Positions 1 through 8,525 of a stretch of DNA of 64,000 bases are shown here, piece by piece. Source of the DNA: an uncultured bacterium (GTDB taxonomy: Bacteria > Chlamydiota > Chlamydiia > Chlamydiales > SLFE01); NCBI GenBank assembly GCA_964584775.1, contig CAZPBC010000005.1:2845-66844 (forward strand), written 5' to 3'. Every line of letters starts with the position of its first letter. The first letter of the stretch is position 1. The position numbers and the translations under genes were made by a program. The notes beneath the pieces are model-generated. The model ran no database searches and was not told the origin of the DNA. It worked only from the letters and a program-made list of their open reading frames with translations.

Positions 1-535
1 CATATCCGAAGAGGTCCGCTAAAAGAACGGGAGGAAATGACTGCTTATAACTATTAAAGTTCATCACAGAATCATTATAGGCCTGTCTGGCAAAGGAAAT
101 CCGATTTTCAGTTGAAGTCACTTCTTCTGTGAGCTGCATCATATTTTCACTCGCCTTGAGGTCGGGATAGCTTTCAGCAACTGCAAAAAGTCGTCCCAGG
201 GCAGAGGTCAACATCCCCTCACTCTTAGCCAGCTGCTCCATAGCTCTCTCGTTCCCGAAGTGGGTCGCCGCCTGTTTTAAGCTACTTGCAGCTAAGTTAC
301 GAGCTTGAGTGACCTCTTCGAGAGTCGACTTCTCATGTTGCAAATATCCTTTCGCAATCTCCACTAAATTGGGAATTAGGTCATGACGCCGCTTCAATTG
401 CACTTCAATTTGAGAAAAACTGTTTTGCAATCGATTTTTAAGTGTGACAAAGCGGTTGTAAATCCCCACAATCATCGCAACGGCAATCCCTAATAACAAC
501 AAAATTAGGATCAAAAAAATGCCCCATGAACTCAT
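1..535 (-). CDS. lemA: LemA family membrane protein; C-terminal end cut by the window edge
   Basis: Not in the ORF track because it runs off the edge. Reverse translation from the ATG at 533-535 gives MSSWGIFLILILLLLGIAVAMIVGIYNRFVTLKNRLQNSFSQIEVQLKRRHDLIPNLVEIAKGY... This is one N-terminal TM helix followed by a LemA-type YNxFV...QLKRRxDLIPNLV pattern. Confidence 0.75.
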   Translation of the reverse strand, partial: MSSWGIFLILILLLLGIAVAMIVGIYNRFVTLKNRLQNSFSQIEVQLKRRHDLIPNLVEIAKGYLQHEKSTLEEVTQARNLAASSLKQAATHFGNERAMEQLAKSEGMLTSALGRLFAVAESYPDLKASENMMQLTEEVTSTENRISFARQAYNDSVMNFNSYKQSFPPVLLADLFGY

Positions 536-747
536 AACCACTCCTCAATAGATTTTTTTTCATCATATCGGCAAGGCTGAAACCTTGTCAATCTCAAGTT
601 ATGTCTTTCATTTTCAAAATTTTAGTAGTATCAAGAGGTAGAGAAGTTCGCCCTTGCACTTTTCAAAAGAATTCTGTAAGGTCTTAGCTATAAGTGACAA
701 ACAAACACGTCATCGCCTAATTTTCCCTTTAAAGGAGTCGCTAACTA

Positions 748-1914
748 ATGGAAGCACAGTCAAGATCATCTGTATGGGCCACCGGCTTTGCCATGTTCTC
801 CATGTTTTTTGGAGCAGGAAATGTGGTATTTCCACTCGCCGTCGGACAAATTGCCCAGAACCAAACCCCGATCGCTATTTTAGGCTTGATGATCTCCGCC
901 ATCGGAGTGCCTTTCTTAGGTCTCATTTCGATGACGCTCTTCAACGGAAACTATCACCTCTTTTTTAAACGTATCGGGAAGGTTCCTGGATATCTTGTTT
1001 CACTCTTTATCCTCTGCCTCATCGGTCCCTTTGGGGCGATGCCAAGGCTGCTAACCCTTTCTCATTCCACCTTTGATTTAGCCATCCCTGGTGTTCCACT
1101 CTGGCTTTTTTCAGTGATTGCCTGTGTGGTGGTTTACCTCATGACCTTTAAGAAGAACCGTATCTTGGATGTTTTAGGGTATGTGCTCACCCCCCTACTT
1201 TTAGTCACTCTTGTGATTATCATTGTAAAGGGAATCTACGGCGCAGAACCGGCGCCCCTATCGAATATGACAAGTGGGACCGCCTTCCTCTTTGGCCTTC
1301 AGACAGGGTATGAGACGATGGACCTTCTAGGCGCCTTCTACTTCTCTACGGTGATTCTTGCTTGTCTAGAGAGCAGTGAGATCTCTCACGGACATACGAA
1401 GAACTTCCGCAATGTCATCTTCATGACGCTCAAGTCGAGTATCATTGGAGCATCCTTACTTGCACTGGTCTACTTTGGCTTTTGCTTCGTGGCGAGTTTT
1501 AATTCTGCTTCTCTTGAGGGCTTAAGCCGTGACCAGTTTCTTGGTGCGATCGCCATCCATACTCTCGGTGCTTATGCCGGAATCGTTGCGATCGGCGCTG
1601 TATCACTCGCCTGCTTAACCACAGCAATTGCGTTAGCAGCCGTCTTCTCTGAGTTCCTCCACCAAGATATTTTCAGAGAAAAAATCAGCTTTTCAAACTC
1701 ACTGGTCGTCACACTGGCCCTGACTTTTGCCGTCTCTACACTGGGTTTCACAGGTATCGCCGCTTTCCTCGCGCCGATTCTTGTTGTCTGTTACCCCGCA
1801 CTCATTGTGCTCTCGATTTTAAACATCGGACACAAGATGTTTCACTTTAACTCTGTGAAAGCTCCTGTCGCGGTGACGTTTATTATCTCGCTTTTACTGT
1901 ATGTGAATTCGTAG
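748..1914 (+). CDS. brnQ: Branched-chain amino acid transport carrier (LIVCS/BrnQ family)
   Basis: 388-aa polytopic membrane protein. The N-terminal FAMFSMFFGAGNVVFPLAVGQ matches the BrnQ FGAGNxxFPxxxG signature. Confidence 0.8.
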   Translation: MEAQSRSSVWATGFAMFSMFFGAGNVVFPLAVGQIAQNQTPIAILGLMISAIGVPFLGLISMTLFNGNYHLFFKRIGKVPGYLVSLFILCLIGPFGAMPRLLTLSHSTFDLAIPGVPLWLFSVIACVVVYLMTFKKNRILDVLGYVLTPLLLVTLVIIIVKGIYGAEPAPLSNMTSGTAFLFGLQTGYETMDLLGAFYFSTVILACLESSEISHGHTKNFRNVIFMTLKSSIIGASLLALVYFGFCFVASFNSASLEGLSRDQFLGAIAIHTLGAYAGIVAIGAVSLACLTTAIALAAVFSEFLHQDIFREKISFSNSLVVTLALTFAVSTLGFTGIAAFLAPILVVCYPALIVLSILNIGHKMFHFNSVKAPVAVTFIISLLLYVNS

Positions 1915-3841
1915 CGTGGCGGAGTGCTTCAGCAAAGTACTCCTGCTTGTAAGGATCATCAGAGCGGTAAATCAACCCTAAGCAGTGTCGATCGATCGTG
2001 CGGATCGATGAATAGACAAGCTCTGATTGTGCGATATTCATCGACTTCAGCTCTTTTAGTACACGTTCCTTCATCCCCCCACGATCAGCAATAATGACCG
2101 CATACACGGCATCCAGTTCACAATGGATCGATAACATCACGGCACGCCCATCGGGGAAGCCACTAGCTAGGGTGTCCACGAGGAGGAGAAAAAGAATTTT
2201 CAAAGCCTCTGTCTCAAAAAGAGAGCGTTGAGAGGCAGGAGAAATCGCGTAGAAGAAGTTCTCCAAAAGAAGATCGTTATAGACGCCCTCTTCTTCTACA
2301 AGAGTACGGAGGCGACCCAGCTGCTCGTTTTGCTTGGTGATCATTCCCCCGTTATAATCACGAAGGACCCCTAAGATCCGTTCTAGTTCACTCACGACAA
2401 CCTGACGCGCTTTGTACAGATCGATCGAGTGATCTTCCCGATGGAACATCTCTTTGGGAAGCTTCACCCGAAACACTGTCGCCACTTTTGGGTACTTCTT
2501 GCGAATCGTGCCCACTTTTTTCGTAAAGTCAGGGAGAAACTCTAAGAATGTGCTCGCTAGCTTGAAGTGCTCTTCAATACTTTTATCCGTCGACTTCTCT
2601 GCACGGACATGAATGATCGTGAAATAAAGATGAGCACGAGTCTGCTCGTCAAAAGTGATATTGACCTGCGGAATATCGTTCGCAAATTTGACTTGATTAG
2701 ATAGAGAGAGGATATTCCTCATGATCTCCTCTTCATTCCTCGGCATGAAGATCGGAGGCATGAGATGCTCTACACGGTCTTTCAAGTCATCGGGCAACTC
2801 TTCTCTAAGTCGGAGAACCTCCTCTTGTGTGAAGGGAGAACCGTCCATTTTTTGAATCTCGATGTAGAGGGTTGCAATCTGATCACTCCCCTTTCGAATA
2901 TTCACAAAAGAGTTCTCAATTGCCTGCACATTGGGAATATGATTTTGGATGGCACGCATCAAGTGGCGGTCATCCAACACTTCCTTATCACTTAAAAAAT
3001 TCACCGCAATTGCAATCCCGAGAAGACGACGTGGACCCAGAGTTTTTTGTGGGATATGAAAAGCTTTCAAACAAAGGTGTCGCTTTCCTGAGTACTTCTG
3101 CATCAAGTAAGCGATCTGCTTGCGAAAAAGATAGTTGTAACAGACGATACGGCATAGGTGTCTACTCGTACGCTCAGCCTTAAAAGCCTCTTTACACATC
3201 ACCAACATGTATTGCATTTCTGTTAGGATATCGGGATCGAACGTGTCAGGAAAACGCTTGGCCACTTTTGCAATGAGAGCATGTATCGCAGCTGTTTTTT
3301 GATCTGAAGAGAGTCCTTTTGATTCGAGGATCCTGCGAGCATAGTAGCTAGAGCTCACACCCAGTTTGATCTCTGTTTTAAGGACTGCAAGATTCTTCTT
3401 AATCTCGTCTGTCTCAAAGTCACTGTAAATGTTCACCATCACTTCACAAAGCGTGTATTTCTGATCACCTAGCTCGGGAAGATTGAAGTCGACTGCATAG
3501 AAGAGTGTCACATCAAGAAGGTGCCCAGGAACAAGCCAACTGTTCACGAGGTCGAAGAAGAAGTTAAAGGCATTGGGACGGTACTTGGAGAGCAGGAAGA
3601 ACGAAACTCGTGAAGGTGCTTCCTCAAACTCGCTATGAGTGAAAATAGGGAGCTCATCGAAAAAGCGTGGTTTAAGCTTTTCGAAATCAATCCGATCCCC
3701 GTCGACAGCATCGGGAAATTGACGACGAAAAATCTTCAAAAGCGTTCGAAAAATGGATTCTCGGTAGAAGGGTGACTCAGGATCTGTGCCTGACTCATTA
3801 AAATTGGTGACTAACTGAGGTTTTTTTTCCTCGACTTTCAT
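1883..3841 (-). CDS. Hypothetical protein, 652 aa, soluble, no recognisable motif
   Basis: Long uninterrupted ORF. The antisense ORFs inside it are short shadows. It converges on brnQ with a 32-nt overlap. I recognise no family signature. Confidence 0.6.
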   Translation of the reverse strand: MKVEEKKPQLVTNFNESGTDPESPFYRESIFRTLLKIFRRQFPDAVDGDRIDFEKLKPRFFDELPIFTHSEFEEAPSRVSFFLLSKYRPNAFNFFFDLVNSWLVPGHLLDVTLFYAVDFNLPELGDQKYTLCEVMVNIYSDFETDEIKKNLAVLKTEIKLGVSSSYYARRILESKGLSSDQKTAAIHALIAKVAKRFPDTFDPDILTEMQYMLVMCKEAFKAERTSRHLCRIVCYNYLFRKQIAYLMQKYSGKRHLCLKAFHIPQKTLGPRRLLGIAIAVNFLSDKEVLDDRHLMRAIQNHIPNVQAIENSFVNIRKGSDQIATLYIEIQKMDGSPFTQEEVLRLREELPDDLKDRVEHLMPPIFMPRNEEEIMRNILSLSNQVKFANDIPQVNITFDEQTRAHLYFTIIHVRAEKSTDKSIEEHFKLASTFLEFLPDFTKKVGTIRKKYPKVATVFRVKLPKEMFHREDHSIDLYKARQVVVSELERILGVLRDYNGGMITKQNEQLGRLRTLVEEEGVYNDLLLENFFYAISPASQRSLFETEALKILFLLLVDTLASGFPDGRAVMLSIHCELDAVYAVIIADRGGMKERVLKELKSMNIAQSELVYSSIRTIDRHCLGLIYRSDDPYKQEYFAEALRHATNSHTVKAR

Positions 3842-3910
3842 CCGCTTATTTTTTCCAATGTAGGGTTAAACTCCGGATTTAATATTATAAGTCATCGACT
3901 TTCTATACAA

Positions 3911-4699
3911 TCATTCTGTGATGGCTACTGAGATTTCCTCATACCGAGGAGAACTGGGTGGAAGTGCTTGGCTACAAAAGATCTTTGTGCATTTTTTGAA
4001 GGGTCGATCAAATGAGCAGACAGTGAGCGGGAGAGCGTTGTGTTCTGCAAGCTCTACACAGCGGCTATGCAGGACCCCACTTGATCCGGCAGTACGGTAA
4101 AATTCTTGATAAGAGAGAGTTGGATAGTGGACTGCAGAGGGATTCTCTTTGGGATCCGCACTGTAAACCCCATCAACATCTTTAAAGAAAATCACTTCAC
4201 TGGCTCCTAGGGCAACACCGAGTGCAACGGCAGAGATGTCAGATCCATTGCGCCCCAGCGTGGTGATCTCGCCACGCAAACTGCACCCTTGAAAACCGGC
4301 GACAATCACCACTTTGTTTTGTTCAAAAGCAGTTAGTAGACGCCGTGGTCGAACATCCACGACATGTGCATTCGAATGCTCATCAGAAGTGACGATACCC
4401 GATTGGCTGCCTGTGAAACTTTGTGCCGGAATTCCTCTTTTTTCCAGTGCCATAGCAAGAAGCGCGATGGAAATCCTTTCCCCGACACTGACAAGCATAT
4501 CATACTCTCTACGAGGAGGTTCAGGGTGAACCTGTTCGGCAAGTTCGACGAGCTGATTGGTCATATCGGCCATCGCACTGACGACAATCACCAAATTTTT
4601 AAACCGCGTACGCTCCTCTGCAACCACCTCGGCAATCTTGCTAAACTGCTCAGGAGTCGCAACCGCTGCACCGCCAAATTTCATGACAACTGTCGACAT
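3911..4699 (-). CDS. lysC: Aspartokinase catalytic (amino acid kinase) domain only; no ACT regulatory domains
   Basis: VMKFGGAAV N-terminal motif, TLGRNGSDISAVALGVALGA, and DVDGVYSADPK...LHSRCVELAEHNALPL match the aspartokinase core. The ORF ends about 20 aa after the catalytic domain, at 262 aa. Confidence 0.7.
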   Translation of the reverse strand: MSTVVMKFGGAAVATPEQFSKIAEVVAEERTRFKNLVIVVSAMADMTNQLVELAEQVHPEPPRREYDMLVSVGERISIALLAMALEKRGIPAQSFTGSQSGIVTSDEHSNAHVVDVRPRRLLTAFEQNKVVIVAGFQGCSLRGEITTLGRNGSDISAVALGVALGASEVIFFKDVDGVYSADPKENPSAVHYPTLSYQEFYRTAGSSGVLHSRCVELAEHNALPLTVCSFDRPFKKCTKIFCSQALPPSSPRYEEISVAITE

Positions 4700-4751
4700 C
4701 CAACTTTCCTAATTTTTAGCGCTATGCTATACTATCTGCCAATATAACAAA

Positions 4752-5120
4752 ATGTTTGAGCTTACAAAATCTTTCACTTTTGACGCAGGACATACGCTAG
4801 AGCATCATCAAGGCCTCTGTAGCAAACCGCATGGTCATACCTACCGCTTGATGATCACGCTCAACTCACCCACACTAAACGAAGAAGGCTCCTCTAAAAA
4901 CATGGTGATGGACTTCTACGACATTGGTCAAATCGTTAAGCCAATGTTAAAAGATTTTTTTGACCACCAGTGGATCAATGAAACACTCGAAACCGACTCC
5001 CCCACCGTCGAATTCATGGCAAAGTGGATTTATGACCATCTCAAGCCCCAAATCCCCCTTCTCACCAAGGTGACTCTCTACGAAACCCAGACCTCTTGGG
5101 CTAGCTATTTCGAGCACTAA
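4752..5120 (+). CDS. queD: 6-carboxy-5,6,7,8-tetrahydropterin synthase / 6-pyruvoyl-tetrahydropterin synthase family (QueD-like)
   Basis: 122 aa. FTFDAGHTL...CSKPHGHTY gives the Cx3HGH zinc/catalytic motif. It is collinear with E. coli QueD as I recall it. Confidence 0.8.
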   Translation: MFELTKSFTFDAGHTLEHHQGLCSKPHGHTYRLMITLNSPTLNEEGSSKNMVMDFYDIGQIVKPMLKDFFDHQWINETLETDSPTVEFMAKWIYDHLKPQIPLLTKVTLYETQTSWASYFEH

Positions 5121-5160
5121 TCACCGGTCCCCTTATATATAGGGGAAATGTTTCAATTCC

Positions 5161-5189
5161 TTGATTTAATAGCTTCTATCTGCTAATAT
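5161..5189 (+). promoter_or_regulatory. Sigma-70/66-type promoter candidate for rpsA
   Basis: TTGATT (5161-5166), 17-nt spacer, TAATAT (5184-5189). It lies about 40 nt upstream of a strong SD (TAAGGAGAAA) and the rpsA ATG at 5228. Confidence 0.5.
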
Positions 5190-5227
5190 TTCGCTCATCA
5201 TAGAAAAAATTAAGGAGAAACCTTTAC

Positions 5228-6970
5228 ATGTCAAAAAACGCACAACAAGAGCAATTCACCTGGACCGAAGACAAGATCGTCGACGATATCGAATTTAAAG
5301 AATCTGATGCTCAAGAATTTAAATCTCTTTTAGATGGCAAAGTTCCTTCATCTAGCGATGAGAGCACAACGATGGTGCCTGGCACGATCCTCAATGGAAC
5401 GATTGTCGAAATCACGAAAGACCATGTTGTTGTAGACGTCGGTCTTAAAAGTGAGGGACTCGTCCCCTCTTCAGAGTTCTCTGACCCTGAGCAAATCGTG
5501 ATCGGTGAGGAAGTAGAAGTCTTCCTAGACCGTACTGAAGATGAAAATGGCCAGATTGTCCTCTCCCGTGAGAAAGCGGAACGCCAGCGTCAGTGGGAGT
5601 TCATTATCTCCAACTGCGAAGAGGGCTCAATTGTGAAAGGAAAAGTCCTCCGTAAGGTCAAAGGTGGACTCATGGTCGACATCGGTATGGAAGCCTTCCT
5701 GCCTGGCTCCCAGATCGACAACAAGCGCATCAAAAACCTCGATGAGTTTATTGGCCAAACCTACGAGTTTAAAATCCTCAAGATCAACGTCGAGCGTAAG
5801 AATGTCGTCGTTTCAAGAAGAGAGCTTCTCGAAGCTGAGCGCATCTCTAAAAAAGCTGAGCTGCTTGAAACGATCAGTGAAGGCGCGATCTGCGAAGGTA
5901 TCGTCAAAAACATCACCGACTTCGGAGTCTTCCTCGACCTCGATGGCATTGATGGCCTACTTCACATCACAGACATGACCTGGAAGCGTATCAAGCACCC
6001 TTCTGAGATGGTACAGCTTGGTGACAAACTCGAAGTCATGATCCTCTCGATTGACCAAGAGAAGGGCCGTGTTGCTCTAGGACTGAAGCAAAAAGAAGAC
6101 AATCCTTGGGATCGCATCGAGGAGAAATACCCTCCAGGCACCCGTGTGAAGGGAATGATCGTCAACCTCCTCCCCTACGGAGCATTCATCGAAATCGAAC
6201 CTGGAATCGAGGGTCTGATCCACGTTTCAGAAATGTCTTGGGTGAAAACAGTCACCGATCCAAGTGAAATCGTCCGTAAAGGAGATGAGATCGAAGCGGT
6301 TGTTCTTTCAGTGCAGAAGCAAGAAGGGAAAATCTCTCTTGGTATCAAGCAAATCGAGCACAACCCTTGGGATGACGTTCAAGCGAAATACCCGATTGGC
6401 AAAAATGTCGATGTCGAGATCAAGAGCCTCACTAACTACGGCGCCTTTGTAGAGCTAGAGCCAGGTGTTGAGGGTCTCATCCACATCTCTGACCTGAGCT
6501 GGATCAAGAAAATCTCTCACCCATCAGAGCTACTGAAAAAAGGTGATGAAGTCAATGCCGTGATCCTCTCGATCGACCGCGACAACAAAAAGATCACGCT
6601 TGGACTAAAGCAACTCAGCGACAACCCTTGGGAGTCTATCGAAAAGACCACACCTGTAGGGGCTGTTCTCAAGGGAACTGTCTCAAAAATCACTGCATTC
6701 GGAGCTTTTGTTGAGCTTGACAACGGAATCGAAGGACTGATCCATGTCACAGAGCTCTCTGACCAAGCTTTCGGTAAAGTGGAAGATGTCATCGCAAAAG
6801 GCGATCAAATCACAGCCAAAGTGATCAAGATCGACCCCGAGCATAAGAAGATTGCTCTATCCATGAAAGAGTGCATGATTGATGAAAATCAAGTGAACAG
6901 AGACGACATTGTCGTTGGCACAGGAGCTGAAGAGAGCGCTGAGACCTCTTCTGACGAAAGCCAGTCGTAG
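5228..6970 (+). CDS. rpsA: 30S ribosomal protein S1
   Basis: 580 aa with six repeated S1 domains (recurring G..V.G.V..I..FGAFV.L..GIEGLIH.SE pattern). Confidence 0.95.
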   Translation: MSKNAQQEQFTWTEDKIVDDIEFKESDAQEFKSLLDGKVPSSSDESTTMVPGTILNGTIVEITKDHVVVDVGLKSEGLVPSSEFSDPEQIVIGEEVEVFLDRTEDENGQIVLSREKAERQRQWEFIISNCEEGSIVKGKVLRKVKGGLMVDIGMEAFLPGSQIDNKRIKNLDEFIGQTYEFKILKINVERKNVVVSRRELLEAERISKKAELLETISEGAICEGIVKNITDFGVFLDLDGIDGLLHITDMTWKRIKHPSEMVQLGDKLEVMILSIDQEKGRVALGLKQKEDNPWDRIEEKYPPGTRVKGMIVNLLPYGAFIEIEPGIEGLIHVSEMSWVKTVTDPSEIVRKGDEIEAVVLSVQKQEGKISLGIKQIEHNPWDDVQAKYPIGKNVDVEIKSLTNYGAFVELEPGVEGLIHISDLSWIKKISHPSELLKKGDEVNAVILSIDRDNKKITLGLKQLSDNPWESIEKTTPVGAVLKGTVSKITAFGAFVELDNGIEGLIHVTELSDQAFGKVEDVIAKGDQITAKVIKIDPEHKKIALSMKECMIDENQVNRDDIVVGTGAEESAETSSDESQS

Positions 6971-6979
6971 TCGTTTCTA

Positions 6980-7015
6980 AGGAGACCTTAGATGAATCCT
7001 CATCTAAGGTCTCCT
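6980..7015 (+). other. Perfect 15-bp stem-loop immediately after the rpsA stop
   Basis: AGGAGACCTTAGATG (6980-6994) pairs with CATCTAAGGTCTCCT (7001-7015) around a 6-nt loop. No T-run follows directly. Confidence 0.5.
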
Positions 7016-7025
7016 AAGACGTGTT

Positions 7026-7056
7026 GAAAAAAAGAAGTGCAAACTTCTTTTTTTTG
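7026..7056 (+). terminator. Rho-independent terminator after rpsA (A-run/T-run flanked, potentially bidirectional)
   Basis: AAAAAAAGAAGT-GCAA-ACTTCTTTTTTTT: stem AGAAGT/ACTTCT extendable by A:T pairs, followed by a T-run at 7049-7055. Confidence 0.6.
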
Positions 7057-7163
7057 TAAAGGAAGTACAAATACAGCGAGCTTACAGAAAAGTTCCACAC
7101 TTCCAAATACCAAATTTACAAAGATTTCACTCCTAGAGTGAGGTCGATGATGAGAAGGAAAAT

Positions 7164-8507
7164 ATGAATAAAGATCTGATCGCCATCTTTGAGTACTTAG
7201 AGAGAGAAAAAGGGATTAAAAGAGACATTGTGATTGAAGCCATCGAAGAGTCTCTTTGTGTGGCCGCGCAAAAAAGTATTGCAGGTGCCTCCAACGCCCG
7301 TGTCTCCATCAATTCCAAAACAGGAAGCATCGACGTCTTCTGTGAAAAAGAGATCGTCGACGATGTAGAAGTCCCTGCCGTTGAGATCTCCCTCGAGGAT
7401 GCCCGTGAAATTGACCCCGATTGCTCTATTGGACAGTTCATTGACGTCATTGTCACCCCTAAAGATTTTGGAAGGATCGCCGCACAAAAAGCGCGCCAAG
7501 TCATCACCCAAAAACTGCGTACTGCAGAAAGAGACGTCGTATACGAAGAGTACCGACACCGCATCGGCGACCTCATCTCTGGAACGGTCAAGCGTTTTAT
7601 CCGCGGAGCGAAGCTCATTATCGACTTAGGTAAAGTCGAGGGTGTGATGCCGATTAAGAACTACCCCCGTACCGAACAGTACCGTGTCGGAGACCGCGTC
7701 TTTGCCCTCTTGCAAGACGTTCGTGATACAGAAAATGGAAGCGCTGAAGTCGTACTAAGCCGCAGTGACCCAGAATTTGTCCGACAGCTCTTTATCCAAG
7801 AAGTTCCTGAAATCACGGATGGCACCGTGGTGATCGACCGCATTGTTCGCGATCCTGGCTACAGAACCAAGCTCACCGTCCGCACAACAGACCCGAAAGT
7901 GGATCCTGTCGGTGCCTGTGTCGGAATGAGAGGCCTCCGTGTCAAAAACGTCGTTCGTGAACTCAACCACGAGAAAATTGATATTATCCCCTACTCTTCT
8001 GACCCGATAGAGCTCCTTCAAAATGCTCTACAGCCTATTGAGATTGTGAAGTTCAGCATGAACGAAGACGAGAAGCAAATGACCATCGTTGTTGTCGATG
8101 ATGACTTCCCCGTCGTCATTGGAAAGAGAGGGATGAACGCGACACTCAATGGCGAGTTGATCGGCTATGACCTCGAAGTGCAAAAAGTCACCGACTACAA
8201 CAAAGCGATGGCAGTCCAGCGTATCGAGCTCGCAGACATGAACGATCCTAAACTCGATGAAGAGCTAACGAGCATTCCTGGCGTCAGCAGCCTGATTTTT
8301 GAGACTCTTGTGACTGAAGGCTTCAGCACACCGAGAAAGATTCTCCAGGCGACACAGGCGCAACTATCGGAAGTTTCAGGGATCAGCGCAGAACTCGCAG
8401 ATAGGATTCTTGAGCAGATCCAAAAGCAGATTCTCTCGAGCATCGAGACTGAGGAAGCTGCGAAAGCACCAGAAGAGGTGTCATCCACTTCCGAAAATGA
8501 AGAGTAA
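7164..8507 (+). CDS. nusA: Transcription termination/antitermination factor NusA
   Basis: 447 aa. N-terminal NusA domain (LIAIFEYLEREKGI), S1 and KH regions (ACVGMRGLRVKNVVREL), and an acidic C-terminus. Confidence 0.9.
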   Translation: MNKDLIAIFEYLEREKGIKRDIVIEAIEESLCVAAQKSIAGASNARVSINSKTGSIDVFCEKEIVDDVEVPAVEISLEDAREIDPDCSIGQFIDVIVTPKDFGRIAAQKARQVITQKLRTAERDVVYEEYRHRIGDLISGTVKRFIRGAKLIIDLGKVEGVMPIKNYPRTEQYRVGDRVFALLQDVRDTENGSAEVVLSRSDPEFVRQLFIQEVPEITDGTVVIDRIVRDPGYRTKLTVRTTDPKVDPVGACVGMRGLRVKNVVRELNHEKIDIIPYSSDPIELLQNALQPIEIVKFSMNEDEKQMTIVVVDDDFPVVIGKRGMNATLNGELIGYDLEVQKVTDYNKAMAVQRIELADMNDPKLDEELTSIPGVSSLIFETLVTEGFSTPRKILQATQAQLSEVSGISAELADRILEQIQKQILSSIETEEAAKAPEEVSSTSENEE

Positions 8508-8525
8508 GTAACCCCTCACCCATGA

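Noticed and set aside
5129-5146. Possible terminator hairpin after queD (CCCCT-TATATAT-AGGGG).
   Set aside because: The stem is only 5 bp, the loop is AT-rich and there is no T-run. It is too weak to call.
5664-6792. Multiple 60-105-aa ORFs in alternative frames and on the opposite strand within rpsA. Similar sets occur inside nusA, clpB, pnp, ftsH, metG and malQ.
   Set aside because: They lie entirely within strongly supported conserved genes. Their products are S/R/T-rich nonsense-like sequences typical of off-frame translation.
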